DNA of 64,000 nt from an uncultured bacterium (GCA_964514655.1 CAZEQY010000005.1:37589-101588), one strand, 5' to 3'. Numbered from the stretch's first letter, positions 17,794 to 27,642 are shown. Numbers and translations: made by a program. The notes: generated by a model not told the origin, from the sequence alone.

Positions 17794-19782
17794 ATGAAGA
17801 AGGAATGCGAGACGATGAAGAACATATGTTCATGGGGCGTTTTTATGCTGGTTGTAGTTACAGGATTAAGCCTGGAGCTACATGCAGAGCATCATCCAAA
17901 AAAAACAAAAGCGGGAAAAGAACAATCTCCACGCGCTAAAGCTGCAGATAACTTTGCATCTCTTCAGCTTAACCTCGAGCGGCTTAAAGAGCTTGGCCCA
18001 GAGTTTATGGGGCCGCATGACATCCAGCTTAGCAAGCTTATCGGAGATGTGCTCGATCAAGCACAGGCCGTTGTCAACGAAGGAAAACCAAACCCCTATG
18101 ACGTAAATAAAGCACTCAATTCAGTAAAAAAGCTGTTAAGCTACCTTAAACAAAAAAAGGTGCGTGTTAAAGATCACCTCGAAAGCTCAAGTGCCGACCT
18201 TGGCCTAGGGTGTGATTTTTGTTCTGAACTTAGCGACCTTGAATCTGAGGTGTCAAAGTGCTGTAAAACAATTAAGGCACAGATTATCGCTATTTTGCGG
18301 CTGTTGCAAGAAGATCTTCCCTGCGATCCGCCTATAGCAATTTCTTCAGTTCCTGTAACCATTTCTCAGCCGGGAAAATACTGTGTCAAACAAGATCTCG
18401 TATATAATGGCGCTAATGCTGCAATTACGGTGACGGCAAATAATGTTACAATAAATTTCCATAGCCACAGCCTTACCTTAACGAACAGCAGTGCCCAAGG
18501 TATCCTTGTCGAGAGTCTCACATCAACGCCGGTACGAGAGTTTACGCTTGAAAATGACATCATCCAAGGCTCTGGCCTCTTTAAGACAGCAACAAGTGCT
18601 GCTGTCTCACTTGTAAACGTAGAAAAGGCAACACTTCGCGATGTATACACCTTTAATACAACAAAGGGTATTTCAATTACCAATTGTACTGATGTCCTTG
18701 TAGAAAATTCCCTTGTAAGCAACCACGAAGGCTTATCGGTTCCAACAACAGCAAGTGTTGGTGCCGGTATATTTGTAGACTCATCTACGAGCGTAACTAT
18801 TGAGTCTTGCGACTTTGAGGGAGCAGGCCTATCCCCTGTTACGAACCCAAATGAAGCATCAAATGCCCTGATTGTTCAAGGTACATCGCAAGATCTGTCT
18901 GTGCAGAATTGTACCTTCAATAACTGGCTAAATACATTTACGATCAACCAAGTAAATGGCATGCTTATCGATAACTGCTTAGCAGATGCTGCGTCGGTAT
19001 CGACAAGCAACCTACTTGAGCTTGGCTCTACAACCACCCAAGGCCTTGATGTTACAATTCGTAACTCTACATTTACCCAAGACACGCTCGTCCCAGGTTT
19101 TGATGGGCTCTTTTTTATCAATGGCTCCGGCTGTTTGATGGAAAATGTCATCGTTGACGTTACTACAGGTAATGACGGCAATGTAAATCCTTATTTCCCG
19201 GCTGCTATTCACATTGGCTGCGCGGTTAACGGCCACGTAAGCTGCGGGCCTCCATACCTTGCCTTTACAGATCTACTTGCCAAAAACTGCATCATAAAGG
19301 GAGCTAACCAGTATGGGCTTTTAGTTGAAAATGGCTCTTATATTACCTTTACTGACAGCCAGTTTACAGGTGCATCTGTTGCAAACATATTCTTAGATGG
19401 CGCTGTTGATGTAAATCATGTGAGCACATTTGGTGCTTTAGGATGTGTTATCAAAAATTCAATAGTAACAAACGCTGTAGGATCTGGCGTAGGCGTGCTT
19501 ATCAATCCGGGTGCAAATTCCAATGCACTAGTAAATTGTGATGTAAGCAACAATAGCCAAGATGGCGTAGCGATTTCTCAGTACGCCCTCAACAACCTCA
19601 TTACTGGCAATAGTGTCTATGACAATGGCAATCATGGCATCATTAACAGCGAGTCAACATCGATGACCTATTACAATACAAGCTGTCACAATGCTGCTGG
19701 CTTAAGTTGTGTAGGAGTAACCCCCTCTCAAGTGCCGGGCACCACCGAAGTAGCAGGTTCCAACATATGCTGTTCTCCATAA
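17794..19782 (+). CDS. Secreted parallel beta-helix repeat protein, paralog 1 (Cys-capped family)
   Basis: Signal peptide (MKNICSWGVFMLVVVTGLSLELHA; alternative start at 17815). Repeated N-x-x-G-I/V PbH1-like turns. It shares blocks with the next two genes: CD..CC helix, PCDP, PGKYCV, INFHSHSLTLTN and the C-terminal NTSCHN...GSNICCSP. Confidence 0.75.
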   Translation: MKKECETMKNICSWGVFMLVVVTGLSLELHAEHHPKKTKAGKEQSPRAKAADNFASLQLNLERLKELGPEFMGPHDIQLSKLIGDVLDQAQAVVNEGKPNPYDVNKALNSVKKLLSYLKQKKVRVKDHLESSSADLGLGCDFCSELSDLESEVSKCCKTIKAQIIAILRLLQEDLPCDPPIAISSVPVTISQPGKYCVKQDLVYNGANAAITVTANNVTINFHSHSLTLTNSSAQGILVESLTSTPVREFTLENDIIQGSGLFKTATSAAVSLVNVEKATLRDVYTFNTTKGISITNCTDVLVENSLVSNHEGLSVPTTASVGAGIFVDSSTSVTIESCDFEGAGLSPVTNPNEASNALIVQGTSQDLSVQNCTFNNWLNTFTINQVNGMLIDNCLADAASVSTSNLLELGSTTTQGLDVTIRNSTFTQDTLVPGFDGLFFINGSGCLMENVIVDVTTGNDGNVNPYFPAAIHIGCAVNGHVSCGPPYLAFTDLLAKNCIIKGANQYGLLVENGSYITFTDSQFTGASVANIFLDGAVDVNHVSTFGALGCVIKNSIVTNAVGSGVGVLINPGANSNALVNCDVSNNSQDGVAISQYALNNLITGNSVYDNGNHGIINSESTSMTYYNTSCHNAAGLSCVGVTPSQVPGTTEVAGSNICCSP

Positions 19783-19783
19783 T

Positions 19784-21409
19784 ATGAGGAAAAACTCTAT
19801 GAATACACCCATTCGCAAATTATGCCTCCTAGCCATGTTGCTGGGAGGATCTAGCTCTCTATATGCCTCAAGCTCAACGTCGCATAAACCCTGCGACATG
19901 AAGCAAGAAATCGATGAGCTAGATTCTGAGTTTGACTCGTGCTGTAAAGATATTCAAGATGAACTTACCCAGATTGAAGACTTTATTGATACGGCATTTA
20001 CTTGCGATGATGTTCACCCGATAAACCAAGTGCCTATACTCATCAATCAGCCTGGCAAATACTGTGTTATTAAAGATCTCGTTTATCCCGGAACAGATGC
20101 TGCGATAACTGTTGTTGCTGACAACGTTTCCATCAACTTTCATAACCATGACCTTGTCTTGACAAATGGCAAAAGTCAGGGCGTTGTTGCTAAAAATGTG
20201 AGCGAGTTTGTGCTTGAAAATGACGCTATCTTTGCTGAAACGGTGTGTATGTTCGATACGAGTGTTGCGGTTCACCTTATTAACGTCAAAAAAGCAACGA
20301 TCAGCAATATATTCACTAAAAACACTACAAAAGGCATCTGGATTGACAATTCTAGCGATGTGCTTGTAAAAAACTCTCACCTAGATTCTCATGAAGGTAC
20401 TGTTCAAATAGTGTTCCCAAGCCCCGCAACACTTGCAGGGACTGGTAATGGCGCTGGTATCTGGGTAAATAATTCTAGCGGCGTTGAAATTGACACCTGC
20501 ACATTTATAGGAGCGGACTGCCCCTTTGCTGCTACAAGAACAGGCTTTGGCTTGCATGTAGAAGAAAACACAAAAAACCTCATCCTTAAAAATAGCTCAT
20601 TCTCAAATTGGATTGGCTCAATTCACGCTCCAAGCGTTACCGGGATGCTTATTGATGACTGTGTAGCCATAAACTCACTAAATTCGTCCCTCAATGTTGT
20701 GCAGCTTGGCAGCTGTTCTGATGAACAGGCAAATGATGTAATCATCAGAGATTCTACCTTTATCTATAATGGTGGCTTGCCAGGTGTTGATGGCATTCTT
20801 TTGGCAGCTGGTTCTGGCTGCCTTTTAGAAAATCTACTTGTAGACACTACCTCATCAGCGATTGACAATACCTACTTTCCGGGAGGCATCCACGTAGGGC
20901 TCCAAGGATGTGACTCTGGCTACCAAAATGTGCAGGGACTAAACTGCATCATAAAAGGGGTAAACTACAGCAATTTAAACATGGAAAACTGCAAAAATGC
21001 GGTCTTTGAGCGTTGCACAATATCCGATTCTATCTATGCAAATGTACTTATGAACGATCCTACAACAAGCTCTAAGCTAAAAGATTGCACAGTTTTTGAT
21101 GGGCAAAATTATGGCGTGTTTTTAAATACATCTACCGGTGGAGCAAATGCTGTTACCGGCTGCCAGATATACAACAACGCTAATTATGGGTTAACTGATA
21201 GCGTCACGCCGCTAGAGACCAATCTATTTACTGCCAACAACGTCTACAGCAATGGCGCTGGCATCTTTGTTGCAAATTCCGGAATGACCATGACGTTCTT
21301 TAATACCTCATGCCATAATACAGCGACTAACTGCTCGGCGTTTGTTAGCCCTAACCAAGCTCCTGGAGCATCTCCAATCGTTGCGGGGTCTAATGTTTGC
21401 TGCCCATAA
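19784..21409 (+). CDS. Secreted parallel beta-helix repeat protein, paralog 2
   Basis: Starts 1 nt after paralog 1's stop. Signal peptide LCLLAMLLGGSSSLYA. It carries the same conserved blocks (CDMKQEIDELDSEFDSCC, PGKYCV, INFHNHDLVLTN, NTSCHN...GSNVCCP). It lacks the ~100-aa helical linker found in paralogs 1 and 3. Confidence 0.75.
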   Translation: MRKNSMNTPIRKLCLLAMLLGGSSSLYASSSTSHKPCDMKQEIDELDSEFDSCCKDIQDELTQIEDFIDTAFTCDDVHPINQVPILINQPGKYCVIKDLVYPGTDAAITVVADNVSINFHNHDLVLTNGKSQGVVAKNVSEFVLENDAIFAETVCMFDTSVAVHLINVKKATISNIFTKNTTKGIWIDNSSDVLVKNSHLDSHEGTVQIVFPSPATLAGTGNGAGIWVNNSSGVEIDTCTFIGADCPFAATRTGFGLHVEENTKNLILKNSSFSNWIGSIHAPSVTGMLIDDCVAINSLNSSLNVVQLGSCSDEQANDVIIRDSTFIYNGGLPGVDGILLAAGSGCLLENLLVDTTSSAIDNTYFPGGIHVGLQGCDSGYQNVQGLNCIIKGVNYSNLNMENCKNAVFERCTISDSIYANVLMNDPTTSSKLKDCTVFDGQNYGVFLNTSTGGANAVTGCQIYNNANYGLTDSVTPLETNLFTANNVYSNGAGIFVANSGMTMTFFNTSCHNTATNCSAFVSPNQAPGASPIVAGSNVCCP

Positions 21410-21431
21410 ATTTTATAAGAGGAATAGATCA

Positions 21432-23234
21432 ATGAATATCGCACTCTTGACAATACTTCTTAGCGTATTTTCCTTTACAACGCTTTCGGCTCAAGATGCC
21501 CCATCAACACTTGGTGTTGCAAAAACTCGCCTTAAAGCATCTATGAAAGAGGTTAAAGATCCCCAGCTGCAAAAACTTGGACAAGATGCCCTTAAAAAAA
21601 TAGACCGCGCGCACAAAGACCCTAAAAAAGCAGACGCTGCTCTTCATGCGGTAAACAAGGTTTTGGCTGTAATCAAACAAAAGCATATCCATACCGTAAG
21701 CACAAGCTCTTCAGGAAAGTCGTGCGATGTACGAGATGAAATCAGCGAGCTAGACTCACAGGTTAAAGCGTGCTGCACTGACATAAAACGCCTTCTTACT
21801 GAGCTATTAAACTTTGTACATACGGCGTATCCTTGCGATCCTATAATTCCTATAGATACAGTGCCGGTTTTGCTAGCAGAATCCGGCAAATACTGCGTAA
21901 CGACCGATTTAACATACACAGGCCCAGGAGCTGCGATTCAAGTTTCAGCAAGCAATGTGCATATTAACTTTCATAATCATGACCTTACCCTCACAGATCC
22001 TGCAGCTATCGGTATTTTAGTAGAAAATGCGAGCGAGTTTGTGCTTGAAAATGACAGCATCCAAGGAACAAGCATCTTTAAAACTTCTACTAGTGCTGCT
22101 GTAAGTCTATTGGGTGTAAATAAGGCTACTCTTCGCAATGTCTTTACAAAAAATACGACAAAGGGGCTGTTTCTTGTCGATTGCACCGATGTGCTTGTCG
22201 AGTTTTGTCACTTTGACTCTCACGAAGGTACCATCACACCAATCTTTCCTAGCCCTGCAACGTTAGTAGGCACAGGAGATGGTGCCGGCGTCTTTGTAAG
22301 TGGCTCTAACGGCGTTACAGTAGATACCTGCACCTTTGTTGGCGCTAACCTTGGATCAGACCCTACTCGAACGGGCTTTGGCGTACATATCGAGGAAAAT
22401 GCCAAAAATTTTACGCTAAAAGATAGCGCCTTTAGCAACTTACTGGGTTCTATACATGCTGTGAGTGTTGATGGTGTGTTGGTAGAAAATTGTACCTTTA
22501 ATGCATCTACAGTTTCTAACTTTAATATTGCGCAATTTGGAAGTTGCGAGCTAGGAACCGTGGCTGATAATGTCATTATTAGAAATGCGACATTTACCCA
22601 ATCACAAGTTGTACAGGGTTTTGATGGGCTTCTTTTTGTTGCAGGCTCTGGCTGCTTGCTAGAAGATATTGTCGTCAACTCTTCATCACAAGACATACAG
22701 ACCTACAGTCCTGCTGCCATCCACATAGGCAACCAAAGCTGTGGCAACTATTCAAACCTCGTAGGAAGAAATTGCATAGTGACCGGAACAAATGGAAGAT
22801 CGCTCTATATTGACAATGGCTCTAACATAGTCTTTGAAGATTCCCAGTTTTCAGGAGCATCAGTTGCAAACGTCTATATGAATGCAGCAACAAGCTCAAG
22901 CATCAGAAATTCTACGATCTTTAATGGCTCTAGCGGCGTTATTATTTCTAACCCTACTAGCTCTGGCGCTCAAGGAAATGCTATAGAAAACTGCCTTGTC
23001 TATAACAACACAAACTACGGTATTGAAGTGCTAGATCAGAATAAGCACCATCTATCCGGAAATCATGCCTGGTCTAATGCAACAGGTATCTATCTTTTAT
23101 ATGCAGGATTTACTGAGACTTATAACAATACCTCATGTAAGAACACTACCCAAAGCTGCAATAACGTAACTCCAAGCCAGCTTCCGGGCGCATCACCTAT
23201 ACTTGCTGGCTCAAATGTCTGCTGCACACCGTAA
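21432..23234 (+). CDS. Secreted parallel beta-helix repeat protein, paralog 3
   Basis: I prefer the ATG at 21432 (after AAGAGGAA), which gives the signal peptide MNIALLTILLSVFSFTTLSA. The track start at 21342 overlaps paralog 2. Conserved blocks: CDVRDEISELDSQVKACC, SGKYCV, INFHNHDLTLTD, NTSCKN...GSNVCCTP. Confidence 0.75.
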   Translation: MNIALLTILLSVFSFTTLSAQDAPSTLGVAKTRLKASMKEVKDPQLQKLGQDALKKIDRAHKDPKKADAALHAVNKVLAVIKQKHIHTVSTSSSGKSCDVRDEISELDSQVKACCTDIKRLLTELLNFVHTAYPCDPIIPIDTVPVLLAESGKYCVTTDLTYTGPGAAIQVSASNVHINFHNHDLTLTDPAAIGILVENASEFVLENDSIQGTSIFKTSTSAAVSLLGVNKATLRNVFTKNTTKGLFLVDCTDVLVEFCHFDSHEGTITPIFPSPATLVGTGDGAGVFVSGSNGVTVDTCTFVGANLGSDPTRTGFGVHIEENAKNFTLKDSAFSNLLGSIHAVSVDGVLVENCTFNASTVSNFNIAQFGSCELGTVADNVIIRNATFTQSQVVQGFDGLLFVAGSGCLLEDIVVNSSSQDIQTYSPAAIHIGNQSCGNYSNLVGRNCIVTGTNGRSLYIDNGSNIVFEDSQFSGASVANVYMNAATSSSIRNSTIFNGSSGVIISNPTSSGAQGNAIENCLVYNNTNYGIEVLDQNKHHLSGNHAWSNATGIYLLYAGFTETYNNTSCKNTTQSCNNVTPSQLPGASPILAGSNVCCTP

Positions 23235-23295
23235 CGGTTGTAGTGAATAAATAGAGCTTACGATACAATGCGGATAAACGATACTTAGATAAAAT

Positions 23296-25512
23296 ATGCC
23301 CAAAAAACCTCCTAAAGGAGACAAGCCGAGTGCAAAGCAAGAGCGCTTGTTTCAAAACCTGCTTAAAGTAACCTATGAATATATTAAGGGCAGGCATTAC
23401 TCCCCTCAAAATAAAGAGACTCTTATAGAGAGGCTGAGGATACATCCAGAACATCTTGAGATCTTTGACCTAGTGCTCAAAGACCTTAAAACGGCAGGTA
23501 AAGTGGAACAGACTGGCGATAAATTGGTTTCTCAGGAAGAGAGCAAGAAAGAAAAAGTCGTTGTGGGTACTATCAAGATGCATCCACGAGGCTTTGGGTT
23601 TGTTGTGCTCAAGGAGTCATCAGAGCAAGATGTCTTTATTCCAAAACCCTATGTAAATAATGCTATCGACGGCGATGTTGTTGAAGTTGCCATAAACCTT
23701 GAAGCTATATCAGAGCGTGGCCCTGAAGGCAAAGTGTTAACGATTGTTTCTCGAAAGAGAAAGACACTTGTGGGCACCATCTCAGACGTTACAAACCAAA
23801 AAGCTTATGCTTACTGCAGCATGCTTGGAGAAAAGCGCCAGGTAATAATACCAAATGGCGAGCGAAAGTTAAAAGTTGGCGATAGAGTACTTGTAGAGGT
23901 TACTAAATGGGGCGATAAAGAAGAAAGTGCGCAAGGAGATCTTTCAAAGATCATTGGCCACATTTCGGATCCTTTATCAGATATCCCTGCCGCTATACTT
24001 GAAAACGAAATTCGCACAGATTTTCCACAGGATGCTGTTGAAGAAGCCCTTGCCTTTGGCACGCGCGTGAGAAAAGAAGATCTTGAAGGTCGTGAAGATT
24101 TACGCGATCTTGAATGCTTTACGATAGACCCAGATACTGCTAAAGACTATGACGATGCCATATCGCTAGAACATAAAAACGGCCTTTGGGAGCTTGGCGT
24201 ACATATTGCTGATGTATCACACTATGTTCGTGATAAGTCGGCGCTAGATCGCGAAGCATCGCTTCGCTGTAATTCTACCTACTTTCCTGCAAAATGCATT
24301 CCTATGTTGCCCTCAGAGCTTTCTGACAATCTCTGTTCGCTGCGTGAAGGTGTTCTTAGGCTTACTGTGAGCGTCTTTATTGTGATTGACAATCAAGGTG
24401 AAACAAAGAACTACCGCATTAGCCGCAGCGTTATAAAAAGCAAAAAGCGTTTTACCTATAAGCAGGCAAAAAAGGTGCTTGATGGAGAGTTGGAAAGTGT
24501 GCATAAAGAAAAGCTCCACAACATGGTAGAGGCATGTCACCTTCTCAAGAAAAAGCGCCGAGAGCGCGGCAGCGTAGAGCTTTGCATGCCCGAATTTGTG
24601 GTGAAGGTAGATGAAAAGGGCGTTCCTGTTGGCACTGAAGTGATTGAGTATGATATCACTCACCAGATGGTCGAAGAGTTTATGCTTAAAGCCAATGAAA
24701 TTGTGGCAATAGCGCTTACAAAACAGGGAAAAAATGCGACGTTTAGAGTGCACGAAGAGCCTGCTAAAGAGTCTCTTCGAGAGTTTGCAACGCTTGCATC
24801 TTCTTTTGGCTATAACTTGCCGCAAGATCCTACGCCGCAAGATATGCAAATCTTTTTTAGCGAACTTGACGAAGGCCAAACTGCTCAGTATCTAGCTACT
24901 TGCTATATTCGCAGCATGCGCCTTGCATGCTACTCTCCAGATAATATAGGCCACTATGGCCTAAGCCTTGAGCACTATACGCACTTTACAAGCCCAATTC
25001 GCCGCTATGTTGATACAATCATCCATCGCCTACTCTTTGAAGGTAATATAGATCGCGATAAGCTTTTAGAAATTAGCAACGATGCCTCCGAAAAAGAGCG
25101 CATTTCAGCCCGTGCTGAAGGTAGTGTGATATTCTTAAAGAAGCTGCGTTTGTTAGAGAAGTGTTATAATGAAGCTCGCCACAGAACCTTTGAAGCAGTT
25201 ATTACTCGCGTTAAGCCTTTTGGAATCTACTTTGACGTGTTAGAGTTTATGCTTGAGGGCTTTTTGCATGTCTCAGAGCTGGATAGCGACTTTTTTGATT
25301 ATAGCGAACGAGAGATGATGCTTATGGGGCGCTACTTAGGCCTTAGCTATAAGGCCGGAGATAAGCTTGCAGTATCTGTAGGCCATATTGACTTTATCTT
25401 GCAGGAATGCTCGTGGAAGCTTGTTACTCACACTGATGAGGTTGGACAAGTATCAAAGCGCGCCTATGAAAAAGACAGGAAACGGCGTAAAGGAAATAGA
25501 CGCAGGCGGTAA
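23296..25512 (+). CDS. rnr: Ribonuclease R (VacB)
   Basis: RNB-domain motif HYGLSLEHYTHFTSPIRRYVD, an S1-like C-terminal region and a basic tail KRRKGNRRRR. The protein is 738 aa. Confidence 0.92.
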   Translation: MPKKPPKGDKPSAKQERLFQNLLKVTYEYIKGRHYSPQNKETLIERLRIHPEHLEIFDLVLKDLKTAGKVEQTGDKLVSQEESKKEKVVVGTIKMHPRGFGFVVLKESSEQDVFIPKPYVNNAIDGDVVEVAINLEAISERGPEGKVLTIVSRKRKTLVGTISDVTNQKAYAYCSMLGEKRQVIIPNGERKLKVGDRVLVEVTKWGDKEESAQGDLSKIIGHISDPLSDIPAAILENEIRTDFPQDAVEEALAFGTRVRKEDLEGREDLRDLECFTIDPDTAKDYDDAISLEHKNGLWELGVHIADVSHYVRDKSALDREASLRCNSTYFPAKCIPMLPSELSDNLCSLREGVLRLTVSVFIVIDNQGETKNYRISRSVIKSKKRFTYKQAKKVLDGELESVHKEKLHNMVEACHLLKKKRRERGSVELCMPEFVVKVDEKGVPVGTEVIEYDITHQMVEEFMLKANEIVAIALTKQGKNATFRVHEEPAKESLREFATLASSFGYNLPQDPTPQDMQIFFSELDEGQTAQYLATCYIRSMRLACYSPDNIGHYGLSLEHYTHFTSPIRRYVDTIIHRLLFEGNIDRDKLLEISNDASEKERISARAEGSVIFLKKLRLLEKCYNEARHRTFEAVITRVKPFGIYFDVLEFMLEGFLHVSELDSDFFDYSEREMMLMGRYLGLSYKAGDKLAVSVGHIDFILQECSWKLVTHTDEVGQVSKRAYEKDRKRRKGNRRRR

Positions 25513-25515
25513 TGT

Positions 25516-26115
25516 ATGAAGAAGTATTTTGTGACAGGTCTTGTGGTGCTTTTGCCCCTTGCGCTTACCTATTGGGTGGTGAGCTTTATTTTAGGGGTGC
25601 TGACAGAGCCATTTACAGGAATTGCCGGCGCTACGTTAAAGCTATTTGGTGTACAGTCTAAAGAGGCTTTAGAGCTTGGCGAAAAGCTGCTATCTTTAGT
25701 GCTCTTGTTTGCGCTCATCATTGGTATTGGAGCTATTGGTCGCTATTTCTTCTTTAAGTACCTTCTGCAGCTATCTGATGCGATCTTGCATCGCATACCG
25801 GTCGTTTCTGCAGTGTATAAGACCTCTCAGGAGCTTATTCAGTCAGTTTTTAAGCAGGATAGCACGTCATTTCGTCGCGTTGTATTTGTGCCATTTCCCC
25901 ACGCCGGCTCCTACACGGTGGGCCTTGTCACACAGGAAGAGACGTTCGATGGCCGCATGGCAGTGTTTATACCTACAACGCCCAATCCAACATCTGGTTT
26001 TTTGCTTATGTTTAATAAGGATGAGGTAACTGCTGTGGACATGAAGGTAGAAGAGGCTCTTCGCTACGTTATTTCGTGCGGCGTTCTTATGCCTGAGGTA
26101 CAAAAGAGCGAATGA
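25516..26115 (+). CDS. DUF502-family membrane protein, copy 1
   Basis: N-terminal TM segment VTGLVVLLPLALTYWV and the motif PTTPNPTSGFLLMF. Confidence 0.75.
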   Translation: MKKYFVTGLVVLLPLALTYWVVSFILGVLTEPFTGIAGATLKLFGVQSKEALELGEKLLSLVLLFALIIGIGAIGRYFFFKYLLQLSDAILHRIPVVSAVYKTSQELIQSVFKQDSTSFRRVVFVPFPHAGSYTVGLVTQEETFDGRMAVFIPTTPNPTSGFLLMFNKDEVTAVDMKVEEALRYVISCGVLMPEVQKSE

Positions 26116-26750
26116 GAAAGTGCTTTTTGGTAGGGCTGATAACGCTTTTACCGGTTATTCTGACATATGTGATCCTTGCATTTGGTATTGGCATTGTTAC
26201 ATCGCCTTTTGAGCGCCTTGTTAATTTTACGCTAGATAAGTTTCCCCTTTTTGAAGATGGCTTTGGCATTTTTACACACAGGCAGGTGGTTGGTTTTTTA
26301 AGCAAGATACTTATCTTATGCCTCCTGGTATTATTTATAACTTTAATTGGTTTTCTAGCTGCAAGAGTATTTTTTCATACCTGGGGCTACTACTTTGATA
26401 GGCTGATGCGCAAAATTCCTATCGTACGTAGAATCTACGGCCCATCAAAAGAATTAGTTGACGCCCTTTTTAGGCATGAACAAGATGCGCCGCGTAAAGC
26501 TGTTATGGTGCCCTATCCAACCTACAAAAATAAGGCTGTAGGTATCCTTACGGGCGAATTTAACTTAAAGCTCAAAGATAAAAATGAGGCTTTTTGCTCG
26601 GTATTTGTCCCTGCTACGCCAAATGCTACTTCAGGCTTTCTCTGCTCGTTTCGAAAAGAGGACGTAATCCCGCTGGATCTCACTGCGGATGAGGCTCTTA
26701 AATATGTAATGAGCTTTGCATCAACTAACCCAATTGCGATAAAAGAATAA
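26112..26750 (+). CDS. DUF502-family membrane protein, copy 2 (tandem paralog)
   Basis: 4-bp overlap with copy 1. LVGLITLLPVILTYVI and PATPNATSGFLCSF are present. Confidence 0.75.
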   Translation: MRKCFLVGLITLLPVILTYVILAFGIGIVTSPFERLVNFTLDKFPLFEDGFGIFTHRQVVGFLSKILILCLLVLFITLIGFLAARVFFHTWGYYFDRLMRKIPIVRRIYGPSKELVDALFRHEQDAPRKAVMVPYPTYKNKAVGILTGEFNLKLKDKNEAFCSVFVPATPNATSGFLCSFRKEDVIPLDLTADEALKYVMSFASTNPIAIKE

Positions 26751-26788
26751 AATCGCTATACTAGCTCGAAACTTTGTAGGAGTATTCC

Positions 26789-26956
26789 AATGGTACGCTT
26801 AAGCAAAAAATCACGAGATCGGTCAGTAAGTCCACGTAGGACAAAGGCTCCTATGCCAAAAACTGGCCCAAAAAAAGATGCGTTGAATAAAGGGTTTAAA
26901 GAGCATGCAAATGCCCTCACAGGCACTCAGGCTGCGACTTCTGCCTTTATTCCTAA
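26789..26956 (+). CDS. Small basic ORF (55 aa), hypothetical
   Basis: Below the ORF-track size cutoff. An ATG follows GTAGGAG (8-nt spacing). Translation: MVRLSKKSRDRSVSPRRTKAPMPKTGPKKDALNKGFKEHANALTGTQAATSCLYS. Confidence 0.35.
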
Positions 26957-26979
26957 ACTGTAACTGGAGATAAGGAAAT

Positions 26980-27141
26980 ATGTCGCGACACCCAAGTTTT
27001 GGCAAGTCAAACAAATCAGTAAAAAAGCGTAATGTTCTCAAGCGTTTTGAGCGTGTAGACACCCTTAAAAAGCTTGGCCGCTGGAAAGAAGGTCAAGATG
27101 CGAAAGTAACTGGCCTACCAAAGACTCCAGTTGCTCAATAA
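26980..27141 (+). CDS. PVC-type small basic protein (53 aa)
   Basis: Below the track cutoff. An ATG follows TAAGGAAAT. The translation MSRHPSFGKSNKSVKKRNVLKRFERVDTLKKLGRWKEGQDAKVTGLPKTPVAQ matches my recollection of the conserved chlamydial/PVC small basic protein family. Confidence 0.6.
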   Translation: MSRHPSFGKSNKSVKKRNVLKRFERVDTLKKLGRWKEGQDAKVTGLPKTPVAQ

Positions 27142-27183
27142 GTCGGTATCAAGTAACTTCAGCTGTGATGATATGGAGAAGCT

Positions 27184-27642
27184 GTGAAGGTACTTGTTTC
27201 AGATCGCCAAAAAGATCTACCCTTAAAACATGAGCGCTACAAGATAGAAGTTATTGCTATGCTCGTCCTAGACGCTGAAAAGCGCGCTTGTGATGAGGTA
27301 GCAATACACTTAATTAGCGCACCAACTATCTGCAAGTTACATAAACAATTTTTTAATGACCCGGCTATTACGGACTGCATCTCATTTCCTATGGACGAAG
27401 AGGCGCAAGCTGGCTTTTGCTACCTTGGAGATGTCTTTGTCTGCCCAAAACAGGCGCTTCTTTACGCTGATGAATATGATCAAGACCCCTTTCGAGAAGT
27501 TACGCTCTATATTGTGCATGGCCTATTGCACCTTTTAGGCTATGATGATATTGATCCAATAGACCGCTCAAGGATGCGTGCAAAAGAACAAAAGTATATG
27601 AAGATGCTTGAAAAAACTGGAAATATTCTATGTCAGAAATAG
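27184..27642 (+). CDS. ybeY: Endoribonuclease YbeY (rRNA maturation factor)
   Basis: Zinc motif HGLLHLLGYDD, and a GTG start after GGAGAAG. Confidence 0.88.
   Translation: MKVLVSDRQKDLPLKHERYKIEVIAMLVLDAEKRACDEVAIHLISAPTICKLHKQFFNDPAITDCISFPMDEEAQAGFCYLGDVFVCPKQALLYADEYDQDPFREVTLYIVHGLLHLLGYDDIDPIDRSRMRAKEQKYMKMLEKTGNILCQK

Noticed and set aside
21342-21431. Upstream extension of beta-helix paralog 3 that overlaps paralog 2
   Set aside because: The ATG at 21432 gives a canonical signal peptide and has an RBS. The extension has no counterpart in the paralogs.
23210-23234. C-terminal CC/CCXX of the beta-helix proteins as a host Rab-type prenylation motif
   Set aside because: I kept this only as a remote possibility. 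The proteins carry Sec-type signal peptides, and Rab GGTase needs a Rab fold and REP. Disulfide cross-linking is the more economical explanation.
26823-27062. 79-aa minus-strand ORF between DUF502 copy 2 and ybeY
   Set aside because: The plus strand encodes two RBS-preceded small basic ORFs here, and one of them matches a conserved PVC small-protein family.
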